A DNA stretch of 64,000 nt from Eukaryota sp. TZLM1-RC. Taxonomy: Eukaryota; Protista; Metamonada: BaSk clade. Position numbers and translations under genes: made by a program. The notes below the pieces were generated by a model. That model was not told the DNA's origin, did no database searches, and saw only the letters and a program-made list of their open reading frames with translations. The DNA lies in assembly GCA_040285825.1 (NCBI GenBank), contig JAUPSS010000011.1, positions 1,143,798 through 1,207,797 on the forward strand. Reading direction: 5' to 3'. Shown here piece after piece: positions 49,790-62,390 of this stretch. Position 1 is the stretch's first letter; the number at the start of each line of letters is the position of its first letter.

Positions 49790-51220
49790 AAAAAAGTTAA
49801 ATCGATTTTTGTCAGGTATTTTGGAAAAAATCGAAGAGCAACTTTTGGTTATTCAAGATTTAAAAATTGACAAACATTTAGCTTTTTCGGTCCTAAATGT
49901 GTGTTTTGGATCAAAAATTAATCATCTTCTTCGTTCTTTATCTCCCACAATTTCTCATGATTTTTGCACGTCAATTCAATACTTTGAGAACAAATTTCTT
50001 AGGATATTTAGTAGAAGTTTGTCCATCTAAAAATTCCTTATCATGCATTTTTTTAGTCCTAAATTTGGTGGAGTTGGTTTTTCAAAAGCAGAGTATTTAT
50101 GCAAAAAGTGCTTTTATTGGTGGTATGAAAAATTTTCTTTTGAATGGAAACTTCGTTTTGATCATATTTCTTTAAATGAATCACATCCTTTATTAATTTC
50201 TCTTGAAAAAAATGGTGCAAGAACTACCTGTTGATGTTTGGAATAGGAGTATTCCTTCAAGTTTGCCTGCTGTGCCTTCGAGATCTTTCACCAATCTTCA
50301 TCTTGCTGTTGTGAAAAATACAGAAGTCTGTTCTAATGGGTTTTTGAAGACCTGGATTTTTTTCTAAACGACTTAGTGTGACTAAGATTAATAATCCCGT
50401 CTTTGCTGCCTTTTTATCAGACATTCAGAACTGTACTAGTTTAATATCTCAGCAACCAAGGCCATTTGGTCTTCACTTAACAAAATGAAGCATGGAAACA
50501 AAACATGCGGTTGAGATTAGGGATGTATCCAAGTGGTCTTTTGGATAAATCTTATTGTATTTGTAACAAAAAACCTACTGCCAATTTCCGTCATATTGTG
50601 AGCTGTAGAAAATTTCTCCAATATAGGTCAGTTCTTCATAATGCCATTCGTGATGTGGCATATGAAATGTTTAAGTGTTACAATTTTAGTTGCAAAGTAG
50701 AACCTTTGTTGAAGCATTATAGTGATGATAATCTTTTTTAATTCACGTCGAGGTGATTTAATTGCTCCTTTTGTGGATTCCTCTCAAGTTGTTGTTGATT
50801 TCACTACAGTTGATCCCTTTGCTTTTGTTTATCGCGATGATGTTTTACTTAGTACTAATGGTCATTTAAACAAGGCTGAAGATCGTAAGAGAGATAAATA
50901 TACTGAGATATTAAATGATTTAAATAAGAACCTTTATTCGAAGTTTTTCGTTTGTTCCTTTGCCTTTTCGATTTTTGGCAACATTGGACAATCCGCCTTG
51001 AATTTCATCAATGATTTTTGGTAATTTATGTCGTTCAAGTGGTAAGAATTTTGCAGAGAATTTATGGAAAAAAATCGTATCATTTTTCGCTTTGTACAGA
51101 AGTGTTCCCAAGTACTTGAGTTTAATGATGTCTAAACTTTATAAGGATTCATCAAGAGTTGGCGTGGAGAATTTAGTTTCTTATGTGTTTTTAGTTTTTT
51201 TATTTGATTCTTCGTAGAAA
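49790..51220 (+). mobile_element. Family A copy 5'-truncated at KVKSILSG, many homopolymer shifts
   Basis: Duplicate of 39025-40440 including its flanks (offset about 10.78 kb). Confidence 0.87.
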
Positions 51221-52050
51221 AATGATAAAATAATAATAATAGAAAAAAAGACAGAAAAACAAAAAAATTTTTTTCTTACAAAAATAGGAAAAGGACAAAT
51301 TTTTTTAATGAATGTATATAATCAAATAAATTCGAGAGAACCACAACGCAAGTTAATGGTTCTGGAGATGATTAATCGTATCTTCATCACAATAAACTAT
51401 TTCATTAACCAAATAATCAAATACATACACATATAAAAAAATGGCTTTGGAAAAATCAAATAAAAGCAAAATAAATTAAGGGTAATAGATTCATAGTTCA
51501 CACATTTGAGAGAATGCAAATTTGATGGATTTTGTACAATTCATAGTATCACATGATTAATTTAGAGGTAACTGAACGGTTTTACAAGCTCAGTACTTCA
51601 GAGATGAGCTCAGAGTTGATTTCAAATCATCTTTATGATTCAAGAAATATTGTTTGGTTATTGTGATTGATAAACTTATTTTACAATTTTTGCATCGTAT
51701 TATTGTCTTTGTGCATATTATCCTCAAATTATAAAAAAATTAAATAAAAAAAATAATATAAAAATTAATAAATGATATAAAAAGCTAATTATATTCCTCA
51801 TCCTTCAAATGCTGTTACAGTTGACACTAAAATTTCTGCCGATACTATTTACCAAGGATCATGATGTAGATATATTAGTTGTTTCCCTTTCAACCAAAGT
51901 TTTCCAGATTTATCAAAGGTCACCCACTCGACTTTTGGCACAATGACTTTCAACTACTTGTGACTCTTGACATCAAGGTGTTGAAACCTATTTCAAGATA
52001 CCTTGAAACTTTATTGAAAATTTTACAGTTCTCAACTGTGTGTGTTTGTT

Positions 52051-52529
52051 ATGAACAAATCACTCGTTACTGAGTACCGCTCCCTACAATCAAACCAACA
52101 GTTCTTCACAGTTTCTCTTGTTGATAACAACATCTACCTTTGGAAAGTTGTGATCAAGACCTGTTGCTTTGATTCGAGTTCACCACTGTATCAACATCTG
52201 TCATCAACTGGTACTCAAGGTGTGCTTCTAGAGCTTAAGTTTATTCAGTCCTACACATCAGTCACTCGATCCCCGCCCTGGTGTCGTATAATTTCCCCAA
52301 AGCTATCTGGTGGAGGCATTTACCAAGGATCTGTTTGCTGGGAAGGATTTTATGACACAAACAGAACAGTGGAATACAACATGGAAAACTTACTGGTTGA
52401 GTTTGCTCATGTGCTGAGTGTTGAGCAACTTTCGATGGTATGGCAGAATGGTCAGTGCAAGAAGCCAGGAAAGGAGAACAGTTCATACTTGGTGCTCACA
52501 CAGACTGGAAACAAACAGCCTTTGTGTAG
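52051..52529 (+). pseudogene. UBE2Q-like E2 with native start and catalytic Cys but a 7-nt deletion near the 3' end
   Basis: ORF 52042-52578 keeps GSVCWE, then shifts frame after VLSVE. Confidence 0.75.
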
Positions 52530-53123
52530 TGTTAATACAGGAAGTTGGGATAAGGTTTTTGTTTCATCAAATATGTAATTGACTAATAATGCGAGTAGTG
52601 AGCCTGCCATTGATGAAATGTCACAACCTTACTCAATTTGTGAAAAGTAACTTTGAAGGCTTGTCGAATCTACTTATGCTCTAAGACTTTATGTGCAATT
52701 TTACATTACACGTCTACAACCTGGTGGTTGAGGTGTATTTAAAATTTCGCCAATAGTAAAATCAATCGATTATTTTGGAGCTTGCAAGGTAGCGTTGGTG
52801 ACAACTAGAAAGTTGTTTAGATAGATTTGCCAACTTGTTTTTCTTAATGTGGATGATCCAAATTTGAAGAGAAGTCTTGCTAGATTACACAATATTCAAT
52901 ACACAGTTTGAAATACAGTGTGAGTCATTTAATGATGACTTCACAACAATAAAAGAAATACCGTGTAATTGGTCAACACAGTGGTGATCACATGTCCTGG
53001 TTGAATCAAATTGTTTAGGCATATTGGAATTTCATTGTTTTCAATAGCCTTGTATGAATTCTTGCTTTTCGTTTCACATAGTAATATAGAATAACTGATA
53101 TCTTAATACCGTGTTAATAGGGC

Positions 53124-53983
53124 TTTCTGATGAAAAGTATATTGAGTATTTAATCAACAACAACTTTGTTTTGCAAACTTTTTGATTGATCTTGAAGACA
53201 GTTGCCCAAGTTGCCTAATCTCCCAAATTCCCAACATTTATGGCCTTCTTCTGAATGATCACCAATGGACCACTGCAATGAGAATGAGATGTTTTCTATG
53301 GCCTTGTTCATTACCAAATGATTTAATTTGTCGCTGCAAGAGTGTTGTTACGTTTTCCCATATTTTAAACTGTAAGTATTTTATAACTTATCGCTCAATT
53401 GTTAATGACTCAGTTCGTGATCAATTATATGCCATGTGCAAAAGTTTCAATATAGAGGCATTTATTGAGCCACTAGTGCGTAAGCTGTCTTCAGATCAAA
53501 CTGATGATCTCTTGGGTAAAAGGAGGGCAGATTAAGTAGCTCCAGGGATCGATGGTGTTCTCAATGTTGTAGATGTTGTCTCAGTTCATGTTTGCAAAAT
53601 TCTGCTGCTCTTTTCGTGTTTTCCGCTGATTCGTCGCTGTCTAACGCCGAAGAAAAGAAGATAAAAAATATGAAGAACCTTTGGCACAATTAGGTAGAGT
53701 GGAATATGTGAAATATCAGTTTGTGCCGTTTGCAATTTCTCATTTTTGGCAATATTGGACCTTCAGGGTTGCACTTTTTTGAAAATTTTAAAAGGTGTTA
53801 CTGAATAGGTCTGGTAAAAACAATGAACTCCACTTTCTGGTTAAATAGAATTGTTTTTGCTTTTTCAAGTCTATTCCAACAATGATTTCAAAGGCACTTT
53901 TAGCTATTGGTGTAGAATATGAACGTCATGCTGTGAGTAGGTTCAGTAATAGTGACGCTTGTTTGGAGGATCTTGAATTCTAG
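53124..53983 (+). mobile_element. Family B CCHC-RLE fragment
   Basis: ORF 53182-53535 and downstream homology to 27098-27957 (offset about 26.03 kb). Confidence 0.85.
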
Positions 53984-54154
53984 ATGGGTTTTTTATCTCA
54001 ATATATATTCCAGTTTTAAAAAAATCAACAACAAATTATCAAAAGCATTCCTGGCAATTGTTTGGATCAATTCAGTATATCAATCTAAATGACTTCACAT
54101 TCCAAATATTGAATGAATTGACTTTGTGTAGTTCGTGAAGAGGGTGATGGGTAA

Positions 54155-55175
54155 ATATCTTTCTCATGTATGAAAAATTTACTGTTTGAGTGACAACTTC
54201 GGTTTGATCAAATTCCTTTGAATGAATTACATCCTTTATTAATTTCTCTTGAAAAAATGGTGCAAGAACTACCTGTTGATTTTTGGAATAGGAGTTTTCC
54301 TTCAAGTTTGCCTGCTGTGCCTTCGAGATCTTTCACCAACCTTCATCTTGCTGTTGTGAAATTACAGAAGTCTGTTCTTATTGTTTTTGAAGACCTGGAT
54401 TTTTCTAAACGACTTAGTGTGACTAAGATTAATAATCCCGTCTTTGCTGCCTTTGTATCAGACATTCAGAACTGTACTAGTTTAATATCTCAGCAACCAA
54501 GGCCATTTGGTCTTCACTTAACAAATGAAGCTTGGAAACAAAACATGCTGTTGAGATTAGGGATGTATCCAAGTGGTCTTTTGGATAATTCTTATTGCAT
54601 TTGTAACAAAAAACCTACTGCCAATTTCCGTCATATTGTGAGCTGTAGAAAATTTCTCCAATATAAGTCAGGTCAGTTCTTCATAATGCAGTTTCTGATG
54701 TGGCATATGAGATGTTTAAGTGTTACAATTTTAGTTGCAAAGTAAAACCGTTGTTGAAGCATTATAGCGATAATTATCTATTTAATTCATGTCGAGGTGA
54801 TTTAATCGCTCCTTTTCTGGAGTCTTCCCATGTTGTTGTTGATTTCACTACAGTTGAAACCTTCGCTTTTATTTATCGTGATGATGTTTTACCTAGTGCT
54901 AATGGTCATTTAAACAAGGCTGAAGATCGTAAAAAAAATAAATATACTGAGACATTAAATGATTTAAATAAGAATCATTACTCAAAGTTTTCGTTTGTTC
55001 CATTTGCCTTTTCTATTTTTGTCAACATTGGACAGTTCGCCTTGCATCTTATCAATGATTTTGGTAATTTGTGTCGTTCAAGTGGTAACAATTTTCGCTG
55101 TATACAGAAGCGCTCCCAAATAATTTTGTTTCTTATGTGCTTTAGTTTGATTTGATTCTGGGTAGAAAATCAATA
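54155..55175 (+). mobile_element. Diverged family A 3' fragment
   Basis: ORFs start at 54218 and 54700. Confidence 0.87.
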
Positions 55176-55189
55176 TTGTTGTTAAAAAT

Positions 55190-55985
55190 ACCCGAATGTC
55201 CCTCTGTTTATGGACTTTTGTTAAAAGACAATGAATGGCTTCTAAACATGCGTTTTCGTTGTTTTCTGTGGCCAAACAATTTGCCCAATCATTTAACTTG
55301 TAAATGTGGTAAACCTCTTTTGTTTACTCATCTTTTGAACTGTAAACATTTCATTACGTTTAGAAGCAAAGTGCATAATAACCTCAGGGACCAAATTTAT
55401 GTAATGTGCAAATCATATCGAGTAGACTCCTTTTTAGAACCGCTGTTATGAAAATTAATTCTTGATGATCCCAATATTGATAGTACACGTTACAACAGAG
55501 CTTCTATGGGTCTGACTAGAGGTGATCTAGTTGTTCCTGGTTTAAATGGTAGTTTTACTATTTTGGACGCCATGTCTATTGACCCTTGTAATTCCTCTAA
55601 CGTACATTTCATTAACTTGGATGTAAATAATCCTCTTCTTGTAGGCGAAAAATATAAAATTGCTAAATATGCGAAACCCATTTCCTCGGTTAATGAAAAT
55701 TCTCATGCCCAATATAATTTATGTCCATTTGTTTTTTCTTTGCTTGGATCTCTAGGTAAGGCAAGAACTGGAAGAATTTTCAATCGTGTTTACTGGCAAA
55801 ACAAGATTGTATTTTCTATTTTTAAGGGAATAGTAACACTAATTTCTGATTCACTATCTTCTTTTGGGAAATTTTCTGAATCTTTAGCGATTAATTGTTT
55901 TGATGTAGGGGAGGCAGGTTTTGAGGATGTGGAGTTTTAATTGTGTATTTCATATTTGTTGTTGAATAAAAAAATAAAATAATTG
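55190..55985 (+). mobile_element. Family C CCHC-RLE fragment
   Basis: ORFs 55152-55451 and 55506-55940; a short second 3' end lies at 56530-56660. Confidence 0.87.
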
Positions 55986-57020
55986 AGTTTCACTAAAAGG
56001 AAATTTTTTGGCGAATAACACACAAAATCAAGATCCACAAAAACCTAAAATGCCCAATCTTCAGATTCACCCTCATTGATCAAGCACCATGCAGTCAGAC
56101 CCGGAAAGTGGAACGGAAATGCTGGCTCCCACTTTCGGGTCCCCTGTTGCCCCTTTAAGCAAAGACTTCATACACCTGGACCCGATTATTACAATCCAGG
56201 ACTTCCCTCCAAGCAAACCTTCGGCCAATCACGCCTTTCCACAGCTCCTCCCCGAACAACCTTCTATTCCCACGCCTCCACCGCCCCAGCAGTAGGCTCA
56301 TATAACACGTAACCCACTCAATAGAAATTCGTATGGATGAAAATCCCCACTCTCCACACCCCTGCCCCTGGTTCATATGACATGTCACTTGCCACATCCA
56401 AACCTTGCTCCTCTTTGCTCCAGATTTGTTAGATTTCAACAATTCAAAGTTTGAAACCAGAAGTTTGAAAAATAAATGAAGATAACTGACAGATGTCGAG
56501 GGAGTAGTAAGCAAACTTGAAAGAAAACGCTTTTGGGAAATTTTTTCTGAATCCTTAGCGATTAATTGTTTTGATGTAGGGAGGCAGGTTTTGAGGATGT
56601 GGAGTTTTTAATTGTGTATTTCATATTTGTTGTTGAATAAAAATAAAATAATTGAAAAAAATTTCTCACAAAAGGAAATTTTTTTGCGAATAACACGCAA
56701 AAATCAAGATCCAGAAAAACCTAAAATGCCCAATCTTCAGAATCACCCTCATTGATCAAGCACCATGCAGTCAGACCCGGAAAGTGGGAAAGGAAATGCT
56801 GGCTCCCACTTTGGGGTCCCCTTTTGCCAGAAGTGCAGCAGATGGGATTCGACCCTGTTGCCAAAGCAGAGAACGAAGAGCAAACCCACTGGACTACGAT
56901 GTTGGCAGTTATGAATGTTGTTTTTTCTAGTTTGTATTGGGTTTTGATTTGTGTTGGTGTTGGACGATTTTTTGTAATTGGTTTTTGTGTTGATAATAAA
57001 AAGTGATTGAAATGTGTTTA

Positions 57021-60000
57021 TTAAAGAATAATTTGGAGAGAAGGACGATTAGATTCTATTTGTTGAAGTTTGGATTTGGTTGAATTGCTAATGTTGGTGC
57101 GCCTAAGATTCAATTCAGTCAGAGTGGAATTGCTCTCCAGAGCACGGGCGAGAGCACTAGCGCCTTCATCAGTAATGTAGTTGTCCCCAAGATCCAATGT
57201 AGTCAGAGAGAATTGCTCTCCAGAGCACGGGCGAGAGCAATAGCGCCTTCATGGCCAATGCGGTTGTTCTGAAGATCCAATGTAGTCAGAGAGGAATTGC
57301 TCTCCAGAGCACGGGCGAGAGCAATAGCGTCTTCATCGGTAATGTTGTTGTACTTAAGATCCAATGTAGTCAGAGTGCAATTGCTCTCCAGAGCACGGGC
57401 GAGAGCACTAGCGCCTTCAGCGGTAATGTTGTTGTACTAACCAATGTAGTCAGAGAGGAATTGCTCTCCAGAGCACGGGCGAGAGCACTAGCGCCTTCAT
57501 CGGTAATGTCGTTGTACTCAAGATACAATGTAGTCAGAGTGGAATTGCTCTCCAGAGCACGGGCGAGAGCACTAGCGCCTTCATCGGCAATTTTGTTGTC
57601 TTCAAGATGCAATGTAGTCAGAGTGCAATTGCTCTCCAGAGCACGGGCGAGAGCACTAGCGCCTTCATCGGCAATTTTTGTTGTTTTCAAGATGCAATGT
57701 AGTCAGAGTGCAATTGCTCTCCAGAGCACGGGCGAGAGCACCGCACTTATCGGTGATTTGGTTGTTGTGAAGATCCAATGTAGTCAGAGAGGAATTGCTC
57801 TCCAGAGCACGGGCAAGAGCAAAATGGCGATAATAATAGGGATATTTAAAACACCAAGGAAAACAAGATAATTCAACTAAATATTCATTTTTTGATTAAT
57901 TTAGTTGCTTTTAATAAGACCTTGATTATAAAGTTTTTGTTGGAGATAGGGATGATATCGACAGATCGTCCTCATGTCCCAGCAATTGAATAAACTCCAA
58001 AGAGGGAAAAACTTTGTTCAGTGATATTGGTATCAATTGCTTCATGAATTATCAATTCCTTAATGCTTGGTAATTCAATTTCAATATTGACAGAATTTCT
58101 CAACCAAACTTCCAATATAGTAATGGAAAGAGGCAAAGGAATTTGTGCTTCTAATATTCTTTCTGAAGAAGAACCATCAAATAAGACCAGCTCTTTCAAT
58201 ATTGTAAGATAGCTTAAATCAGTAAACTTAAAGTTACCTTTTAAGCACCAACTTCACTAGTGAAGGGGGTAATTGTTCTATAATGAATGAACAATTAAGC
58301 TCCAGAAACTTGAGATTTGATAAATGTGTCAAGTTTAAGGATAGCCTTCTATTATGTCTTGACTTTGCACCAAGCTTAACAACCTCAACAACTGGGAAAA
58401 AAATGACAAGAACTGTGGATCAAATACATCTGTATCATAGTAAAAATCAAGATGTTTAATTCGACTATTAATAACACTGGGACCATTGAAAGCAAATGAT
58501 AATTGCAATTGTAAATCCCAAACATAATCATTGAGATTTAAATGTTGTGGATTTTTCAAAAATTCAAAAACAATTGATCACTTCTTTAGAAAATTTAGCG
58601 ACCTTCTTACTCACTGAACATTTGGTATAGAATCTGGCTTTTGTATATGGATGGTTACCAAACAATTTTTTCAAATATTGTAAATATTCAAAGTAAATTA
58701 ATCTGATTAGACCACTAAACATGCTATCCATGGTTTGTATTGGATCAAGAAAAAGTTCCAAGTATTTCTGAACCAAATGATAATTTGGCAGGTTGAAATC
58801 GATCAATCAAATCACCTGTACCTAATTGACCTTTATCGTTTTTTCCCCAGGCCCAAACAGTGTTTTTGTTGTAGGCAAAAAGGAAGTCTCCTCCTAAGGA
58901 AACACCTTCTATATTGGTGAAAGCTTCTATGCATCTTGGTTGCTCACTATATTCATAAAGACGACTGAATCTACTCAACCTACCCCAAAACAAAAACTTT
59001 ACCATCAATATCAGTGGCAGCATAAATATCATTGTAACCAATAATAGAGACAATATTACTCAACCCTAAAACTTTTGTGGGTTTGTTATCGAAAGAATCA
59101 TCATCTTCCTTGTCAAACCTCCAAACATCACCATTGAAGTCAATGACAAACAAAGAAGTGTAATCAAACAAAAAGAACTCCATGATGGTTTGGTTGGCAA
59201 AATGTACTTGTCAACTGGAATCTTAACAAATGAACCATACTGAGTACTATCAGAATCATCATTTTGTAAGAAGGAAGAAGTTGACATCTGAGTCAATTGC
59301 AACGATTGAGTTCCCAGCAGCAGAAATAAAAAACAATGGTAGACCTGTTGAGTCCTTGTATTGGCTTAAAAGTACCATTACCTAACTGAATAACTTTTTC
59401 CTTCTGCAGTCAATCCAAATGATTCTGAAGAATTACTGCTACTGCAAATTTCCTTGAAAAAAATAAGGGCTGTTGATAAGAGTAATTTTTTTGGTGGCAT
59501 ATTTACTGCATGATCATTACCCCGATTACCCCAACCATACAACAAGCCATCAGAAGAAAGGGCACAGCAATGGTCCCGGTCAGCTGAAATGTAAAATTAT
59601 GTTGTTGATTGGAAGTTTAACTGGTGATTTGAATATTGCTGGTCTATTAAGAGGAACATGACCATAACCAAACCTCCCCAAGCATAAACTTCACCAGAAT
59701 AGGTGAGAAGCAGTGAGCAAAAAAATAACAACATGAAATGGACTTAACCCCACCCATTCGTTCCGATCGATCGGGGAAGTGTGCTGGTTGTTGGTCACAT
59801 GGAGAGGGGTGATCTAAAAAGAGGATCTGACGGGGCATGCTGTAGAGGACATCCATTATGTGCATTTGAGTCGGGTGTTCGGTCGGGTTGTGGATCGGAA
59901 GAATGGGGAGGAGAGGTGGATTGCGGAGAACTACATGGTAAGTCTGAAAATAGACAGTGATGAACTGAGCAATGAGAGGAGATCGTAATTCTTCATCAAT

Positions 60001-60217
60001 ATTGGAGGAGAGTTCCGTGGTAGTTAAGATGGAGTCATGGGAAACATCGAAAGCAGGCTGCGAGAAGCTATTTTTGGCTTCCCACTGGTTGAAATGCAAC
60101 CGGGGCTTCAAGCTCGTGATTGAGAGGAGGGTTTGGGCAACCTCGATCATTGCTCTCCTTTCCAAAACACGAAATGCTAGCGCTATCACCAGGCAAACTA
60201 TCTTGGTTTTGACGCAT
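57021..60217 (-). pseudogene. RCC1-like + LRR protein, paralogue 3 (9 RI-type LRR units); fragmented mostly by homopolymer indels and may be intact in vivo
   Basis: Co-linear with paralogues 1 and 2 from the ATG at 60217 to the stop at about 57021; ORF pieces 57370-60189. Confidence 0.85.
57075..57820 (-). repeat. 84-bp LRR tandem repeat, 9 units with small indels
   Basis: Variable motifs HN, EN, ED, EY, xY, KY, QN, GD, RR. Confidence 0.9.
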
Positions 60218-60314
60218 TATAGAGAGGTTGAGACGAAGAGAAATTTATTGAAAAAGTGAAATTTGTCCAGACACTGGGTGTTTGCTGAAAGTTTTCTGAG
60301 ATTATTTCTTCTAA

Positions 60315-61890
60315 GGGTCCACTTCACAAAAAGAACATAATTGCCACTTTGGCCGCAAAACCATCGGATCCAAGATTCATCCGATTCTGAGTCAGATTCA
60401 TCAGACCACCAGCGATGGGTCGGTGATTCGCCGCGAATAAAGTGGCGGGTGCAGACGTATTGTGTGTTAAGGAGTTCAGGTGTGGATGGCTTAAAAAAAC
60501 TTTGTGAAGGATCAATTTTTTATTTATTGTTTCTCAGTATCTTTTAATCAATAACAAATATGAAAAACATCCACATCCTCAAAACCTGCTTCCCCTGCAT
60601 CAAAAATTTTTCAACTGCCAAAGATTCGGGAAACTTCCCAAAAGAAGATTCTGGATCAGAAGTTAGTTTCAACATTCCCTTAAAAATAGAAAAATACAAT
60701 CCTGTTTTGCCAGTCAACACGATTGAAAATTCTTCCAGTTATTTTCCTTTACAACTACAACAAAATCCTCAAGAAAGATCATAGCAGAATTACCTGAAGA
60801 TACAAGCAAAGAAAAACAATGGGATATAAATTATATTGGGCATGAGAATTTTCATTAATCGAGGAAATGGGTTTCGTCAATGCATTTTAGCAATTTTTAT
60901 AATTTGAACAATGTGGACATGTGAGTATTGTGAGATAACGACCAAAATGGCCAATGAACATTCCTTCATACCTAATTTCAATTTCCCATTGATCAACATC
61001 ACTCCATGCCATCTCACACAATATATTTCACATATTTGTTACTGATCTATATGTGCCCCCATCTAGACCACCATTTATTACTCAATTTTGGGCATATCGT
61101 GCTACATAAGAATCCCCCATAATGAAAAATGGCACTTCAAGCAAAGACTTCATACACCCGGACCCGTTTAGTACAATCCAGGACTTCCTCCAAGCAAATC
61201 TTTGGCCAATCACGCCTTTCCACAGCTCCTCCCCGAACAACTTTCTCTTCCGACGCCTCCACCGCCCCAGTAGTAGGATCATATAAACTACCACTGAGAA
61301 TTAGATGGAAACTCTCCCCGATAACGACTTTTGGTTGTTCCACATGTGCTTTCATCATTGGTGCCTTGGAAGCCAAACTTGACGATGATGCCACCCGTGA
61401 AGAAATTCGTGAAGCTCTCATGCATGTCTGTAAGAATGAACAACTTTCTGACGCATTATAAAAATTGTGATGATGCGCGAAAAAAGATAAATTTGACATG
61501 TTTTGCTCTCAATTTAATTGATTGCTTGCTCTCTGAACTCTGGAGTAAATGGTTCATAGACAATGTGCAGGAAATACAATAAAAACTTATTAATGTGAGG
61601 TATTGTGTTGAAAAATTGCAACCAAAGTTAACAATAACACTTTTGCGGTGTAAGGTTTATACTGTAAACAATGGGAAACCGTGAACATATTCCAGCAGTT
61701 ACAAATTAAATCATTTTATGACGAACACGGCCATAAACATCATCTCATTGTTATAATCGTAGTTCGTTGACATTATAGGAGGACGTCGAACTTTTCAAAG
61801 CAAAAAATGATGCTGTATGGTTAGACATTGTACAGAATAGAGATAAAAGATTACAGGTATTTATTCAATTTCACTGGCCCTAATAAAGGC
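60315..61890. repeat. Duplicate of the 18418-19983 gene-fragment mosaic (CK2-beta, inverted family C, SHIPPO, saposin)
   Basis: Co-linear and near-identical. Confidence 0.9.
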
Positions 61891-62390
61891 CGGTGAATCA
61901 TTCCCACATGTACTGTTGAAGAAGTAAGTCCAACCAACAAAAAGATCGTTTTTTTCATGAGAAACATCTAGATCGTAGTGAGTATCAATTTGAGAGGGTG
62001 ATGGTGGTTATCTGAATCTTTTAGGAGGAGTCGGACCGCTTTGAGCACTATCCTAGTTTGAAGTACTAAGTGGATGTGAAAAGCCATGTGAATTTTTCAG
62101 TTGATGGGTAAGAATGCGAAACAGGGGGGCTCATGTGTGTTAGGTCACATATTAGATCCTTTTTGTAAACTACCAAATGGACTGGATGATGTTGCAGATG
62201 TATTACCAACTGGAGCACTTGTTGAGGGTTGGTTTAATGTAGATTTTGAATTGGAATGTGTTGACATGAGATCGAGGAACTCTGGATATTCAGAATACCC
62301 CTCACTGTCTTCATTAAAACTGTCAATAACCACATCCCTTTCGCTAGATTCAATATTGGTGTTTTTCATTATATTCTGACCTCGAATCAT
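61700..62390 (-). pseudogene. Decayed gene 5' region (Ser/Pro-rich, then FVGWTYFFNSTCGNDSPAF)
   Basis: ORF 62145-62390 plus a downstream frame interrupted by isolated TAG/TAA codons. Weak resemblance to the MCM8 N-terminal GW..YF....DSP motif, unverified. Confidence 0.3.
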
